A stretch of DNA of 64,000 bases from a virus (IMGVR_UViG_3300037067_027684:1-64000); one strand, 5' to 3'; shown: positions 40,194 to 50,595, counted from the first letter of the stretch. Program-made: numbers and translations. The notes: generated by a model from the sequence alone, not told the origin.

Positions 40194-40732
40194 TGCCTAC
40201 GTGGTTATTCACTACTGGTTCTACTCGTGGCAGCTTTCAAGCAGTTGAGGCCGATGGTGAGGTAATAGATGTTATTGGGGTTGATCTAGTTCTTGGTTCT
40301 GGCGATGGTGAGACTGTTGAAGAGGCTATGAAAAAGGTTGTTGAGAAGATTAGTAGTGAGCGTCGAGTTCCAAAATATCTTTATGATCAAAAGAAGATTA
40401 TTGCTCACCTAGTGACTAAGAGTAGTTGGATTGACCACAACGGTGCTCTAAAGGAATCTAGTGTTGATGTTCTCAAACGAATTACACCTCAAGAGGAGGT
40501 TAAGGTTACTGCTCCTCAGCGCGACGCAATTGGTAGTTATAAGGCCCAGGTTTGTCAATGGTGTGGCGATGAAGTTCCAAGTAACGGGGCTGCTCAGTTT
40601 TCCCATCTAAAAAAGCACGTTAATCATTTGGTTGAGAAGAATGCTTTAACTAAGGAACAGGGGTTGGCGATTAGGAAGATTAGGTTGACTCCGGATATGG
40701 AGAAGACTTTCAAGGAGTTTTTCAAGCGGTAA
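40190..40732 (+). CDS. C2H2-like Zn-finger protein
   Basis: CQWC..GAAQFSHLKKH, same finger as 28503..29027. Confidence 0.65.
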   Translation: MMPTWLFTTGSTRGSFQAVEADGEVIDVIGVDLVLGSGDGETVEEAMKKVVEKISSERRVPKYLYDQKKIIAHLVTKSSWIDHNGALKESSVDVLKRITPQEEVKVTAPQRDAIGSYKAQVCQWCGDEVPSNGAAQFSHLKKHVNHLVEKNALTKEQGLAIRKIRLTPDMEKTFKEFFKR

Positions 40733-40737
40733 AAGAT

Positions 40738-40816
40738 AACTTTGGGTGCACCTGGATGGTGGGTTGTCCTGGATACCCCTCCTCCACTGCCCATTTGAAG
40801 GGCGCACCCTAAAGTT
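40738..40816. ncRNA. candidate ~80-nt structured RNA element
   Basis: AACTTT-GGGTGC..GCACCC-T-AAAGTT closing stem with two internal hairpins. Confidence 0.45.
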
Positions 40817-40827
40817 AAATATAAGTT

Positions 40828-41553
40828 ATGACACCAAGATTATTGGCCCTATTAATCACCGAAAATATCACCAGAAACAATGGATTAATTCTAGAAGGCG
40901 CAGACTTAGTAGATGTTCTAACCAAAGAATTCCCATCACTTCCTCAAATCCTCCAACAGCAAAAAGTCAACATAAGCAATCTTAGGATGATAGCCAGAGG
41001 CGATAAAGGAACTGCATTCACAGACGGACGTGTGGTTGTCAAAATAACTGAAGATCAAAATGAAGCACACGCCTCAGCTAATATTCAGGGGCAAACAATA
41101 CCAAATGTCAATAAAATTCATTATGTCGGAAAGTTCATGAAAGCAATTCCATATCAAGAAGAGACAGATGAGGAACCATTAGAAACAGAATATTATATTA
41201 TCATTCAAGATTTACTCCACACTAAATTGACTGCCCAAGAACAGAATGTAGCGAATATTCTTGGTCAATTTATGCTTAAGTATTATATGAAATTATCTTG
41301 GCCATTTGATTTGAATAAGGTACTCGATATATTCTATAAGTATGCTTACATGAAAACCCATGATAACCTTAAGAGTCCTACGGCTGATTTGATGGTGAAG
41401 CAGATCTTATCTGCATTATTGAGGTTGAAGGAAAAAGGTATTACTGTTTTAGATATTAAGGATGATAATGTTGGTAAGAATGATAATGGTTATGTGTTAT
41501 TTGATCTTGGTATTTCGAAATCACCCCACATCCATATTCCTACCATATCTTAG
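40828..41553 (+). CDS. Ser/Thr protein kinase-like protein
   Basis: RGDKGTAF, VVKIT, DIKDDNVG, LFDLG. Confidence 0.75.
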   Translation: MTPRLLALLITENITRNNGLILEGADLVDVLTKEFPSLPQILQQQKVNISNLRMIARGDKGTAFTDGRVVVKITEDQNEAHASANIQGQTIPNVNKIHYVGKFMKAIPYQEETDEEPLETEYYIIIQDLLHTKLTAQEQNVANILGQFMLKYYMKLSWPFDLNKVLDIFYKYAYMKTHDNLKSPTADLMVKQILSALLRLKEKGITVLDIKDDNVGKNDNGYVLFDLGISKSPHIHIPTIS

Positions 41554-41929
41554 CCATTCTGTTTTCAGAATGTAACCCAGCAATGCAAGCTTTGAGATTA
41601 TAGATTTCTGGATCACACATCCAAAGTCGAGTGACATTTTCTGGCATTTCGGCGAGGTTCTCTGGGGAGTCGTCAATCATGACATCGAGTTTGAGTTCTT
41701 TGGCAAGTCGCCCTTTCCATTTAGACATGTCTTCAGTCATGGTTGGAAGATGAAGCGTAGTATAGGTAATACCAAGAATTCTAAGCTCTTCAGCGGTTTC
41801 TTCGGGATCACCATCTCGGTAGGTGATAATGTGGACTTCATGGCCTTTGGCGATTAGTCCAGCACAGAGTATTGAGAATAACCAAGGTGCGTCTGTGATC
41901 GTATTATCAAGGTCTAGTCCGATTTTCAT
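41540..41929 (-). CDS. HAD-superfamily phosphatase
   Basis: IGLDLDNTI, IITYR, K, MIDDSPEN. Confidence 0.85.
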   Translation of the reverse strand: MKIGLDLDNTITDAPWLFSILCAGLIAKGHEVHIITYRDGDPEETAEELRILGITYTTLHLPTMTEDMSKWKGRLAKELKLDVMIDDSPENLAEMPENVTRLWMCDPEIYNLKACIAGLHSENRMAKIW

Positions 41930-41994
41930 TTCTGTTCTCCTCTCTGATAAATTATATCACATAAAAATGACAAATCAATTAGGTACATAATTTT

Positions 41995-43575
41995 ATGCGG
42001 TGTTTGGAACACCTAATCGAACAAATAATCAAAAAACCAGAGAAATTGGTTGTATCTGATTCTTGTAGGGTTTTGATTAAGTGTAAGAATTGTGATAAAA
42101 TCAATAATGTTGGAACAAGGAATCTTAAACGAAAGTGGGGAGATGGACCATATCTTTGTAAATCATGTCACATTAAGACTTATATTGATAATCCAGAAAG
42201 ATTGAAGAAATTTCAGAAATCATTAGGAGAGGCTTTACAAAAACCTGAAGTTAGAAAGAAACTATCTAATAATGGTAAATTAGCATGGTCCAACCCAGAG
42301 ACATCAAAAAGAATTAAAGAAGCAATCTCAGAAGGTCATCGTAGTAATCCTAAAATGATTGCCGCTCGTGATAGGGCACACAAAGCTTGGATGCAGAAAT
42401 ATGGAATAGATAAGATGTTGGCGATGGCTGATCTAGGACATGAAGCAATCAAACAAAAATGTGTGCAGAGCCAAGATTTCAGGAATTTATTAGGTAAGAA
42501 CTTTCATATTGACGACCCAATGGTTATGGAGAAAGTTAGGAAATCTCCAGCATTTCTTACTAAGGAAAAATGGCAAGATCCAGATTTTCGTAAGAGAATG
42601 GCCAACATTATAACTAACCAACCAAGAGTAAGTGGCATACAACGTAAATTATATGAAATTTTAGACGATTTGGGGGTTAATTATCAAAAAGACACCCAAA
42701 TTGGTTTTTATTCTGTTGATTGTGTAATTCCCAAACAAAAAGAGATGGCTAAATCAATTATAATAGAAGTACAGGGTGATTATTGGCATAATATCCCAGC
42801 AACTATTCAAAAAGATAAGACTAAATCAGAATATCTGATGAAATATTATTCTGAATATGATCTTAAATATCTCTGGGAACATGAATTTAGAAACGAAAGT
42901 AGAATTAGAGAATTATTGAAATATTGGATTAACGGTGAGTCAGAGTTAATTGCTTTTGATGTTAACAATGTGGTTGAGCGAGTGGTTAACAGACATTTGG
43001 CTGAGGAGTTTGTCGGAAAATATCACTATGCTGGTCGTCTGGGCACTAGCCAATTAATGCTTGGCTATTATCTTAAAGAAGAACTAATATCAGTTATAGT
43101 TTATGGTTATCCAGTAAGACAAGAGACAGCAACACGGTTAGGTGTTGAACCACATCAAGTTCTTGAATTAAATAGGTTGGCTATCTCGCCTAAATATCAA
43201 ATCAAAAATTTAGCGAGTTATGTGATTGGTAAGTCAATTAGACATTTAAAACATAATCGTAAAGACATAATTATATTAGTATCGTTTTCTGACACAACAC
43301 ATAATCACATAGGCACCATTTATAAAGCTAGTAATTGGAAGTTTGATGGAACGATTGACGCAGATTATTGGTATAAAGATCAAGATGGATTTGTTTATCA
43401 TAAGAAAACTGTGTGGAACAAAGCTAAAGCAAATAATTTGACAGAAGTACAATACTCTGAGAAGACGAATTTGATCAAAATTTGGGGTAAACCAAAACAT
43501 AGATTTGTCTATGTCTTAGACAAATTAAAAGTCAAAATTACAAATGTACTGGGAGACACAAGATGCCTACCATAG
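41995..43575 (+). CDS. DUF559/Vsr-like endonuclease fused to Mom-like DNA-modifying GNAT domain
   Basis: YSVD..IEVQGDYWH..KD..K..LWE; then KYHY, ELNRL, SFSD...H.GTIYKASNW..G. Confidence 0.8.
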   Translation: MRCLEHLIEQIIKKPEKLVVSDSCRVLIKCKNCDKINNVGTRNLKRKWGDGPYLCKSCHIKTYIDNPERLKKFQKSLGEALQKPEVRKKLSNNGKLAWSNPETSKRIKEAISEGHRSNPKMIAARDRAHKAWMQKYGIDKMLAMADLGHEAIKQKCVQSQDFRNLLGKNFHIDDPMVMEKVRKSPAFLTKEKWQDPDFRKRMANIITNQPRVSGIQRKLYEILDDLGVNYQKDTQIGFYSVDCVIPKQKEMAKSIIIEVQGDYWHNIPATIQKDKTKSEYLMKYYSEYDLKYLWEHEFRNESRIRELLKYWINGESELIAFDVNNVVERVVNRHLAEEFVGKYHYAGRLGTSQLMLGYYLKEELISVIVYGYPVRQETATRLGVEPHQVLELNRLAISPKYQIKNLASYVIGKSIRHLKHNRKDIIILVSFSDTTHNHIGTIYKASNWKFDGTIDADYWYKDQDGFVYHKKTVWNKAKANNLTEVQYSEKTNLIKIWGKPKHRFVYVLDKLKVKITNVLGDTRCLP

Positions 43576-45326
43576 ATCCTGCTCTAATTCCTAGTGTCAG
43601 CGCTGGGAATCTCTTTAGAACTTTTACTGAAGACACAACTCTCAACATACGCTGGATATCCCCCACCGAGCCGGTACTCTATGAGGTCGCAAATCGCCCA
43701 TCAGTTGATGTTGTAGTTCGCCAATTGATTTTGGCCAAAGCTGTTGATGCTATGGATTTGCGTCTGAGCCATCAATCACTATTCCCATTCCTTATTCCCT
43801 GCAAAGTCCAGGTCGCCACCCACGAGATTGAGACTCCTCCATCTTGGATTTGGGACATGCACGTCTCCCTCCCATCCAAATGGGAATCATTGAGACTTGC
43901 TAAGATCAAGAGGATTAGTGGCACAAATCCATCTACTGGCAGCACTGGGTCTACTTTCACTGGTACTTTACGATTGATTTTTACCGCCCAACAGCAGAAT
44001 TCCACAATTGAAGTTGCGATGTTCTTCGTTGATTATAAGATTGACAGTCTCTTTACTTATCAAATTTTACGCTTACAGCCTTGCACGTCAACTGAAGAAG
44101 CCAACCCAATTGATCCAAGCGAAGCGGCTACGATTAATGGTTTCGTGACCTTTAGGACTCTAGACCCAGTGACCGATACGGTCGCTGAAGATTTCCTGAC
44201 TGAATTGGCTCCTCCTTCTGCTCCGACTGACAGTAATAGTGATGGTATCTTTGATAATCCTGCTGTTTATGAAATTGTGAGTACTCCTGCTGGTGGTGCC
44301 ACTGCTAGTGATGATTTTATTTCTACTAGTTTGTCACACGGTACTGGTATTACTGTTAACAGTGCTTGGAATGCTATTCCTCCGCAGGATTCTGATGTCA
44401 ATACTTTCCTGCGTTCTATGAATTATCCATTCCGTGTTGGTGCTACTAGGGGTTCGGCTCAGGGTATTACTATTCCACAAGCTCTATTCCGTGAATTCCA
44501 AATGATTGCTCCTACTCCTGACGAGGCTACTGGTGACGTGTCGTTGCAGAATTCCCCTGTGTGGGTTAGTTCTATTGAGCGTTTGGATACTCTGGCTGCT
44601 CAGTTGAAGTTTACTTTCTCGACTTATACGATTGTTGATGAGACTATTAACCCTGTTCAGGTTGAGTTTACTACTCTTACTTTAGATAGGACAATGGCTG
44701 CTGGTCAAATTGTTAATTTCACACCGATTTCGAATTTACTTCGCGCTTCGGGTGCTGATGCTGCGATGTTTATGCAGGGGTTTGGTACTGGTCACGTTGT
44801 TCTGAGTAGTTTGTGGGGTACTACTGGTGAAGAGGTCAACGATTTCTTTGATGCTTTCTTGAGTATTGTTGCTACCCCTGCTGTGACTACTTTCTCTAAG
44901 GATGCGTCAATTATTTCTTCATTTGGTCTGAGTCGCAACTCTCGCTATCTGCCAACGCGTGGTCAGGCTCAGGCTCTACGTGGCACTACTGAGCGTTTGG
45001 CTGTTCCTATTAATCCGACTGATAATAATAGGTTCGTTGTCGAGCAGGATCAGGGTGTTGGTAATATTGTTGACTTCAGGACGTTGCCTGGTTTCCCTGA
45101 TGCTTTGAGGGAAAATGCTGATATTGAGCCTGTTGCTTATTCTGGTGCTTTGTGTCATAGAGTTGTGAAATTGGTCATTGATTCCAGTGGTACTGCCCAT
45201 GATTATGATAGAGATATTCTGCCAAGGTTACGTTGTTTGTTTGGTAGGGACCCGATATTTGGGGATCAATTCTGGGATGGTACGGTGATGAAGTTCTATT
45301 CGGGTGACGCTTGGATTCAGTTCTAA
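43563..45326 (+). CDS. putative virion structural protein
   Basis: 587 aa, Thr/Ser-rich, C-terminal GDQFWDG..YSGDAW. Confidence 0.65.
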   Translation: MPTIDPALIPSVSAGNLFRTFTEDTTLNIRWISPTEPVLYEVANRPSVDVVVRQLILAKAVDAMDLRLSHQSLFPFLIPCKVQVATHEIETPPSWIWDMHVSLPSKWESLRLAKIKRISGTNPSTGSTGSTFTGTLRLIFTAQQQNSTIEVAMFFVDYKIDSLFTYQILRLQPCTSTEEANPIDPSEAATINGFVTFRTLDPVTDTVAEDFLTELAPPSAPTDSNSDGIFDNPAVYEIVSTPAGGATASDDFISTSLSHGTGITVNSAWNAIPPQDSDVNTFLRSMNYPFRVGATRGSAQGITIPQALFREFQMIAPTPDEATGDVSLQNSPVWVSSIERLDTLAAQLKFTFSTYTIVDETINPVQVEFTTLTLDRTMAAGQIVNFTPISNLLRASGADAAMFMQGFGTGHVVLSSLWGTTGEEVNDFFDAFLSIVATPAVTTFSKDASIISSFGLSRNSRYLPTRGQAQALRGTTERLAVPINPTDNNRFVVEQDQGVGNIVDFRTLPGFPDALRENADIEPVAYSGALCHRVVKLVIDSSGTAHDYDRDILPRLRCLFGRDPIFGDQFWDGTVMKFYSGDAWIQF

Positions 45327-45352
45327 GTATTTGATATCAAAAGGAGATTTAG

Positions 45353-45715
45353 ATGATCACTAGAATTGATTCTTATATCAATGATAAGGGTATGACTATT
45401 GAGGATCATGTTATTGTTGATCCTCCCGATAGTACGACCAAGAATTTTATTGGCCGTGCGTTGATTGCGGTTCGTAATGAGGCTGGTCAGGTTGTTGGGC
45501 AACGTGAGATTGAGTTTTCTATTAAAGCTGATGACATTAAGGGTGCTTTTGCTGCTTTTGAGGATGCGGCTAAGGCTGAGATGGATAAGGTTAGGCAGGA
45601 AGCTCGTGAGAAAGCTATGGGTAGGATTGGTGCGGAGCATAAGAAGGAAATGAATAAGATTGCTATTGCTACTCAAATGCCTGAGAGTGGGAGCAAAATT
45701 TTGCGTATCCCGTAA
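45353..45715 (+). CDS. hypothetical protein
   Basis: AAGGAG RBS, GTATTTGA motif. Confidence 0.7.
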   Translation: MITRIDSYINDKGMTIEDHVIVDPPDSTTKNFIGRALIAVRNEAGQVVGQREIEFSIKADDIKGAFAAFEDAAKAEMDKVRQEAREKAMGRIGAEHKKEMNKIAIATQMPESGSKILRIP

Positions 45716-46196
45716 GGAGATAACAGCTTTTATGGGTAATGAGCCAAAGGTGCTTAGGTGTGCTTGTGGCAAGTATTATGTGGATGGTGTGGGGTGTTCT
45801 GATTGTCGTTATAATATGCGGTATTTGAGCCATAAACTTAAGAAGGAGAGCAGGAGGAATAAGCGTATTGGTTCTTCTTTTATTATGAGGTGGATTTTCA
45901 ATTGAGTACTTGTGCGTATTCTACCACTATTATTCGTTATTCTTATACTGACACTACAACTTCTAATTCTGAAAATGTTACGCATTGTCCGCAAGTTGTT
46001 TATATTAGGGGATCACCAGGATGTGTTGGTGCGATGGGGTCACCAGGACCTAAAGAGGAACGCCCAAAATATATCCCTCCGAAGGGTGATTTTGTTTTTG
46101 TTGAGAAACCTTTTAAATCACAGTTGTCTAATAGGCCGCAACGTTTTAATAGGTGGTTGGCGCTTCTTCAGACGAATAATTCTAGACATAATTAAT

Positions 46197-46463
46197 ATGA
46201 TATTTTATCATGGAACTAATAGATTTGGCTGGGATGAAACTCAGAGGCAGGGTTTTCTTTTACATAAGAGAGCAACTGATGAATTTCCAAATATGTCACC
46301 TTGCGTTTATTTGGCTGTGAATCGAGAGGATGCGGAGAAATATGGTGACATAGTTTTAGAGGTTGAATATGACCCTTATGTTAATAAGGATAAGAACAAT
46401 TATGTTGAGGGGTGTTGGCAGGTGAGAGTTTATGAGCCGATATATAATTATTTTATTGTTTAA
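46197..46463 (+). CDS. small ADP-ribosyltransferase-fold protein
   Basis: FYHGT..GF..VYLA..A..YG..VLEV. Confidence 0.55.
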   Translation: MIFYHGTNRFGWDETQRQGFLLHKRATDEFPNMSPCVYLAVNREDAEKYGDIVLEVEYDPYVNKDKNNYVEGCWQVRVYEPIYNYFIV

Positions 46464-46507
46464 TTGGGATCTTAGAATCCAAACATCTGTACAACTAATT
46501 TATTTCC

Positions 46508-46539
46508 CGCCTCTGAATGATATTCCTTATTCAGAGGCG
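46508..46539 (+). promoter_or_regulatory. hairpin occluding the cas3 RBS
   Basis: CGCCTCTGAAT..ATTCAGAGGCG, ending 5 nt before ATG 46545. Confidence 0.7.
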
Positions 46540-46544
46540 ACATT

Positions 46545-49184
46545 ATGGATATTCGAAAATTTTGGGGAAAAGCTGATAATTCGTTATTTTGGCATCCAGC
46601 GTTATACCATATGATTGATAGTGGTATGGTTGCTAAAGTGTTGTTGAATACTTTGCCAATTAAAATGACCAAAGTACTTACTGATGTTTACACAATAGAT
46701 CAGTTGGCCTATTTTGTTTCTTTGCATGATATTGGTAAGATCACGCCAGGGTTTAATTTTAAGATTTTAGAAGGACGATCAGCCAAATCTTTTGGTTTTT
46801 TGGCGAATCTAGCCGCAGATGAAGGACAATGTGACGCTTCAGATTGTTTACTCTCAAAGGAGTGCTGTTTCTGTAAGAATACAAATAGAAAATATTCTGG
46901 AATGAGTAAAGAAAGTAAGTGGCATAATTTTGGTACCGCTAAAATTTTAAGGGATTTTGGGCAAATAAGAAAAATATTGGGAGCGCATCATGGAACCTTT
47001 TTGACTAATATTAATGATTGCAATATAGGATGTGATAGTTGGTTAATGGCGCAGAAACAGGCTATTAAAGATTTACAGGAAATTTTCATTAAAGACCAAA
47101 CTCCAGTTATCAAGACATTTCAGAATGATTTTATTATGATCTTTGCTGCTTTCGTGGCTATTGCGGATTGGATTAGTTCTAATCAAGATTATTTTAAATG
47201 TGTCAATACTGGAAAGGTCCAGACACACACAATTGAGGAATATGCCATAATATCAGAGAAAATTGCTTCAACAGCAATTGATTCTCTTAATTGGAATTTT
47301 CAACCACATGCTAAAAAGCACGATTTCATAAATTTATTCGGAGTAAAGCCCTATTCTTGGCAAAAGAAGCTTATTACTAAACTCAACAGCCAAAAGAAAC
47401 CATTTCTATTGTTAATAGAAGCACCAACTGGTTGTGGTAAAAGCGAAGCTGCAATGAGCGCTGCTGATATCGCAGAAGCTAAGTTTGGGTATCATGGAAC
47501 GTTTTTTGCTCTTCCCACGCAGGCAGCATCCAATCAGATGTATGGGCGATTTGGACTATTCTTAAAGAATAGACCTTACGGCAACAATTATAAGCCCGAT
47601 TTCCATTTACGTCACCATTTGTCCTTTATGGATCAAGAATATAGAGAAATTAAAAGAAAGACAGTAGAGGGCATATCTAGTGATGTTCTTGCGACTGAAT
47701 GGTTTACAAGATCCAAACAAGGATTGCTGTCGCCATATGCGGTCGGGACCATAGATCAAGCTATTATGGCCGGATTAATGATCAAGCATAACTTTGTAAG
47801 AATGTTTGGTCTACTCAATAAGGTTGTGGTTTTTGATGAAGTTCACTCCTATGATGTGTATTCGAGTAATATATTATATCGAATAATAGAATGGTTAAGT
47901 TATCTTGGTACTTCTGTTGTTGTTCTTTCTGCGACTCTACCGAGACAAAAAAGGAATGAATTAATTAGTTCTTATTGTGGGAAACCAATTAAGACTAGGG
48001 TTAAATATCCTCTATTTGCAGTTGCCAACGAAGATAAAGTTACTTTTAGTCACATTGATTGTCAGAGATATAGATCAATTCGTTATAAGTTTATTGATGA
48101 AAAAGATCTAATTAAGAGGGTTCAAGTACAATTAAGCAGGAATGTAAACGTAGCAGTGGTTCGAAATATTATTGGTGAGGCCCAAGATACTTTTAGATCA
48201 CTGCGAGATTCTTCTGTTGATTGCTCATTGTTTCATGCACGTTTTCCAGCTTATAGACGACGAGAAATTGAAGAGCTTGTTGTTAGGAAATACTCCAAAG
48301 ATAGTAAAAATAGACCCAATAAGTCATTGTTAGTTGCTACTGATGTGATTGGTCAGAGCGTGGATCTGGATTTTGACGTTATGTTCACGGATATAGCTCC
48401 AATCGATATTATGTTGCAGAGGTTGGGTAGGTTATGGCGGCATGATCGTAAGCGTTCGATTAGAGTTCCTACCTTATATGTCATTAGGAAGAGTAGAGAC
48501 TACGAATTTGGAAAAAGTGAAATCATTTATAGTAAATTTATTTTAGACAACACGATGAAAGTTCTTCTCGATAGGTTCAAGACTGGCCAAAACACAATCA
48601 ATAAAATCGATGACGTTGAATTACTGATAAATGGAGTGTACGATGGTAAAATTGCCTCATTAGAAGATGACCCAGAATATCAGAAATCATATGGAAAATA
48701 TCTAAATCGAATACTTGGAAGTAAAATTTTGGCGGGTGAATTTAGGATACCAAGATGTAAAATTGATAGTAATGATTTTATGGCGAGTTTTGGTGACTTT
48801 TTTGATGTTGAAGAGGGTGAATTAACTTTCCCAACTACGAGACTTAAATTGCCGTCAATTCCTATAATTTGTGTTGATTGGAAGGACGGTTCTGAGATTT
48901 CTGTTGACGGTCAAGTTATTAATATAAGTAAAGAACCAGAGTTTGAAGAAATTAAATTACTACTTACAAGATCTGTTAATATTATGATTCAGCCTTGGTT
49001 TAAGTACTTTAGTGATCAGGCTAAAATCAACGGATGGGAAGATACTATTCTTGATCGTTATAGAATTGCAGTATTCGACCAAGAGAGATATGATAACGGT
49101 GAACGATATAAGTTCTTAGTTAACGAGGATGGCGCGATGTTGAGTTTGAATAATATTTTTGGATTGGAATCGAGAAATGTATAA
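46545..49184 (+). CDS. cas3: Cas3 HD nuclease-helicase
   Basis: LHDIGK, AHHG, IADW, APTGCGKS, VGTIDQ, DEVH, SAT, FHARF, QRLGRLWRH. Confidence 0.96.
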   Translation: MDIRKFWGKADNSLFWHPALYHMIDSGMVAKVLLNTLPIKMTKVLTDVYTIDQLAYFVSLHDIGKITPGFNFKILEGRSAKSFGFLANLAADEGQCDASDCLLSKECCFCKNTNRKYSGMSKESKWHNFGTAKILRDFGQIRKILGAHHGTFLTNINDCNIGCDSWLMAQKQAIKDLQEIFIKDQTPVIKTFQNDFIMIFAAFVAIADWISSNQDYFKCVNTGKVQTHTIEEYAIISEKIASTAIDSLNWNFQPHAKKHDFINLFGVKPYSWQKKLITKLNSQKKPFLLLIEAPTGCGKSEAAMSAADIAEAKFGYHGTFFALPTQAASNQMYGRFGLFLKNRPYGNNYKPDFHLRHHLSFMDQEYREIKRKTVEGISSDVLATEWFTRSKQGLLSPYAVGTIDQAIMAGLMIKHNFVRMFGLLNKVVVFDEVHSYDVYSSNILYRIIEWLSYLGTSVVVLSATLPRQKRNELISSYCGKPIKTRVKYPLFAVANEDKVTFSHIDCQRYRSIRYKFIDEKDLIKRVQVQLSRNVNVAVVRNIIGEAQDTFRSLRDSSVDCSLFHARFPAYRRREIEELVVRKYSKDSKNRPNKSLLVATDVIGQSVDLDFDVMFTDIAPIDIMLQRLGRLWRHDRKRSIRVPTLYVIRKSRDYEFGKSEIIYSKFILDNTMKVLLDRFKTGQNTINKIDDVELLINGVYDGKIASLEDDPEYQKSYGKYLNRILGSKILAGEFRIPRCKIDSNDFMASFGDFFDVEEGELTFPTTRLKLPSIPIICVDWKDGSEISVDGQVINISKEPEFEEIKLLLTRSVNIMIQPWFKYFSDQAKINGWEDTILDRYRIAVFDQERYDNGERYKFLVNEDGAMLSLNNIFGLESRNV

Positions 49185-50595
49185 TCTTTTAGAAGAAAAA
49201 TGGATTACGGTGCAGACCCAAAGGGGAGTGAATAAGGTTTCTTTAGTAGAGTTGATTGAGGATGCACATGAGATTTTAGACGTAATTGACAATCCTATAG
49301 TACGAGTTTCAATTTTGAGAGTTGCTTTGTCTATATTATATGAACAGTATCAAATTAGAACTAGTAAGCAGTGGATTAGTCTTTGGAATAAGAGTCGATT
49401 CGACCGAACTCTTTTAGATAAAAAGAAATTTGAATTGTTTGATGATAAAAAGCCATTTTATCAATCGGTTGGTGTTGTTGAACAGAAGAATGCATTTACT
49501 ATCCAGCCCCATTTGGGTGGTAATAATGTTATTTTCTTCAATGATCCACAGAAATTGCGAAGTTTGACTTATGAGGAATCAGCAAAATGGTTGATAACCC
49601 ATCAAATGTGGGCCGTTTGTATGCCGAGCAAAGGCAAATATCTGAAGAATAGTATTTTAACCGGGGGTGTTGTCTTGATTCTTGAAGGTAGTAATTTATT
49701 TGAAACTCTAATGTTGAATATGCTATGTGGTGACCATGTTGGAAACCCAATATGGAGCAGAAAAGAAAATAGTGGATTACTTGACTTGTTGACTTGGCGT
49801 TCTAGAAGCATGAGATTGATATCTGATAATGGAGTTGTTCGAAAAATTGACTATGCTGATGGTGACGAGATTCCTGAGGGTATAGATGATTCGATGCTTG
49901 TTTATGTGATGCGGAAAGGTGAAAAACAAAAATTAACTCTTAATCATGAAAAACAGCTGTGGCGAAATTGTGAGGCTCTTTTTGCAGCAGAAAATAAAGA
50001 TTGTTCGTTGGCACTGAAGCAATTTATAAATTTGTTAAACATGGATTCTGTTCTGGAAGTTACAAATGAAAGATTTAAAACTTTGGAGAAGAGATTCTCG
50101 ATTACAGCAATGATAATCACAAATACCGCGAAAGTACAACACTATGTCTACCAAACATTTCCTATTCCAGAGATGTTCTTTGATCCATCAAAGAGTGAAA
50201 GTAAGAGGGGTGAAATAGGGGCTATGTTACGGAAGGCCAATGAGCTATCTAGGATAATCCGTTTTAATTTCTTGAAGCAAATGAATATTAAAGCGAAGCG
50301 TGGTAAAAGAATTGTGATTGATGGTTACTTAATGGAATATTGGAATATGTTGGAGGTTCCCTTTATGAATTATCTTTCAGACAAACTCAATATGGAACAA
50401 TTTATTGAATTATGCTTTAGGACTACTAATAAGGTTGTTAATAAGATCGTGTCTGATTATTGGAGTGAAGATGCTTTTAAGTTCGTCAAGCTTTGTGGTT
50501 TTGGTATCAGTGCCTTGAAAGAAGGAGAAAAGGTCGATGGAACAAAATCAAGAAATGATATTTCTAAACAGGCTGAAGAGTTTAAAGAAGGATAG
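49177..50595 (+). CDS. cas8e: Cas8e (Cse1/CasA)
   Basis: YNLLEEKWI, FELF...PFYQ, G.NLFETL.LN, LTW.SR; position after cas3. Confidence 0.9.
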   Translation: MYNLLEEKWITVQTQRGVNKVSLVELIEDAHEILDVIDNPIVRVSILRVALSILYEQYQIRTSKQWISLWNKSRFDRTLLDKKKFELFDDKKPFYQSVGVVEQKNAFTIQPHLGGNNVIFFNDPQKLRSLTYEESAKWLITHQMWAVCMPSKGKYLKNSILTGGVVLILEGSNLFETLMLNMLCGDHVGNPIWSRKENSGLLDLLTWRSRSMRLISDNGVVRKIDYADGDEIPEGIDDSMLVYVMRKGEKQKLTLNHEKQLWRNCEALFAAENKDCSLALKQFINLLNMDSVLEVTNERFKTLEKRFSITAMIITNTAKVQHYVYQTFPIPEMFFDPSKSESKRGEIGAMLRKANELSRIIRFNFLKQMNIKAKRGKRIVIDGYLMEYWNMLEVPFMNYLSDKLNMEQFIELCFRTTNKVVNKIVSDYWSEDAFKFVKLCGFGISALKEGEKVDGTKSRNDISKQAEEFKEG

